Shown: positions 62,617 to 63,591 of the stretch, piece by piece
Layout of the letters: each line of letters starts with the position of its first letter
Numbering within the stretch: the first letter of the stretch is position 1
Assembly: GCA_964392615.1 (NCBI GenBank)
Contig: CAYMRB010000004.1
Coordinates: 1-63,591, forward strand
Direction: 5' to 3'
DNA length: 63,591 nt
Origin: an uncultured Planctomycetia bacterium
GTDB taxonomy: Bacteria; Planctomycetota; UBA8108
Made by a program: the position numbers and the translations under genes
The notes under the pieces: generated by a model
The model's database searches: none
The model's input: the letters and a program-made list of their open reading frames with translations, nothing else
Told to the model about the DNA's origin: nothing

Positions 62617-63591
62617 ATGAGACGGCTCTCGATCGCGTTCGCGTCTTTGACTCTCGCATGGCTCTTGGCATTCCCCGCGTTCGTTCGTGCTGACGACTTG
62701 TTCCGGCGCGGCGATGCCAACACGACGGGGAGCGTCGACATCTCGGATCCGATCTGGATGCTCGGCTACCTGTTCTCCGGCGGCGATGGGCCGAAGTGTC
62801 CCGACGCGGCCGATTTCAATGACGACGGGGACGTCGACATCGGCGACCCGATCTTCGGCCTCGGCTTCCTGTTCTTCGGCAACGCGCCGCCGCCGGCTCC
62901 CGGGCCGTTCGACTGCGGGGCGGATCCGACCGCCGACTCCCTCGGACCGTGTGACGACGACACGTGCGACGCGCCTTCATCGTGCACCGATCTGTCGTTC
63001 GCGACCGTGCTCGCGGGCGCCGCTGGCCGCGCTGCCGACGAGGTCGCGGAGGCGGCGGAGGATCGCGCGTCGACCGACGCGTATCGCTACCTCGAGGATC
63101 GCGTCGCGGAGCCGCCGGCCGAGGCGACGGTGATTCTCGAGACATACCACCGTGAAAGCGGCGAGCACGGGTTCTTCTTCGCTCGCGTTCGCGACGGCGG
63201 CACGACGATCGACGCGGCCACCAATCTCGCGGGAATCGCGGCGCCCGGCGGCGTCAAGGTGAGCGAGCCCGGCGCGATCGCCGAGGTCACGGTCTCGGTC
63301 GACCCCGACATGGCCGCGCTCCTCGGCGACCTCGCTGGCGCCGGCGCGACAAGCGGGGCCGGCGGCGACGGCAGCGTGCTCGACGGAACGGCGACCCTCG
63401 TGAGCTTCGAGACCGGTGGCTCCTGCGTCCAGCACGGCCTCTACGGCTACGCGTTCCCGATTCCGGACCGCCGCCCGTCGATGCCGGAGCCGGCCGACGT
63501 CGGTCGCTACTTCCAGGCGGTCGTGGCCTGGGATCTGTGGGCCGCGATCTTCGCGCCGGCGCCGCTGCCGCTCGCGCCCGCCCGCGCGCCG
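62617..63591 (+). CDS. Secreted protein with N-terminal dockerin-like module (partial, runs off the window; absent from the ORF track)
   Basis: GGAGG RBS; MRRLSIAFASLTLAWLLAFPAFVRA signal; FRRGDANTTGSVDISD...DAADFNDDGDVDIGD paired Ca-binding loops. Confidence 0.85.
   Translation, partial: MRRLSIAFASLTLAWLLAFPAFVRADDLFRRGDANTTGSVDISDPIWMLGYLFSGGDGPKCPDAADFNDDGDVDIGDPIFGLGFLFFGNAPPPAPGPFDCGADPTADSLGPCDDDTCDAPSSCTDLSFATVLAGAAGRAADEVAEAAEDRASTDAYRYLEDRVAEPPAEATVILETYHRESGEHGFFFARVRDGGTTIDAATNLAGIAAPGGVKVSEPGAIAEVTVSVDPDMAALLGDLAGAGATSGAGGDGSVLDGTATLVSFETGGSCVQHGLYGYAFPIPDRRPSMPEPADVGRYFQAVVAWDLWAAIFAPAPLPLAPARAP

Overview
High-GC bacterial chromosomal window, probably Planctomycetota. This is inferred from the FRRGDAN-type dockerin-like protein, the PQQ/BamB-like propeller, the CehA/McbA-type hydrolase and the style of the intergenic palindromes. 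Housekeeping genes (glgB, thrS, mutS, uvrC, trmB, ispH, argS, leuB, trpBA, gltX) are interleaved with envelope, secreted and signalling genes. I saw no rRNA, tRNA, CRISPR array, transposase or prophage. Two observations stand out. (1) A 925-aa FHA-Ser/Thr kinase whose catalytic domain is split between the catalytic loop and the DFG motif by an in-frame insert of about 510 aa containing a STAND/AAA_16-like P-loop module. (2) A structured, promoter-preceded 700-bp intergenic region after thrS, ending in two 61-nt direct repeats whose only two differences form a compensatory base pair; this is a strong candidate ncRNA. Also present: an sxtIJKL-like carbamoylation cassette, a phytase fusion, a thioester alpha-2-macroglobulin, a DUF455/ATP-grasp pair, a minor-pilin trio, and a yyaL-like gene broken by G/C homopolymers (probably an artefact). 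All family calls come from motif recognition by eye; no database searches were run.
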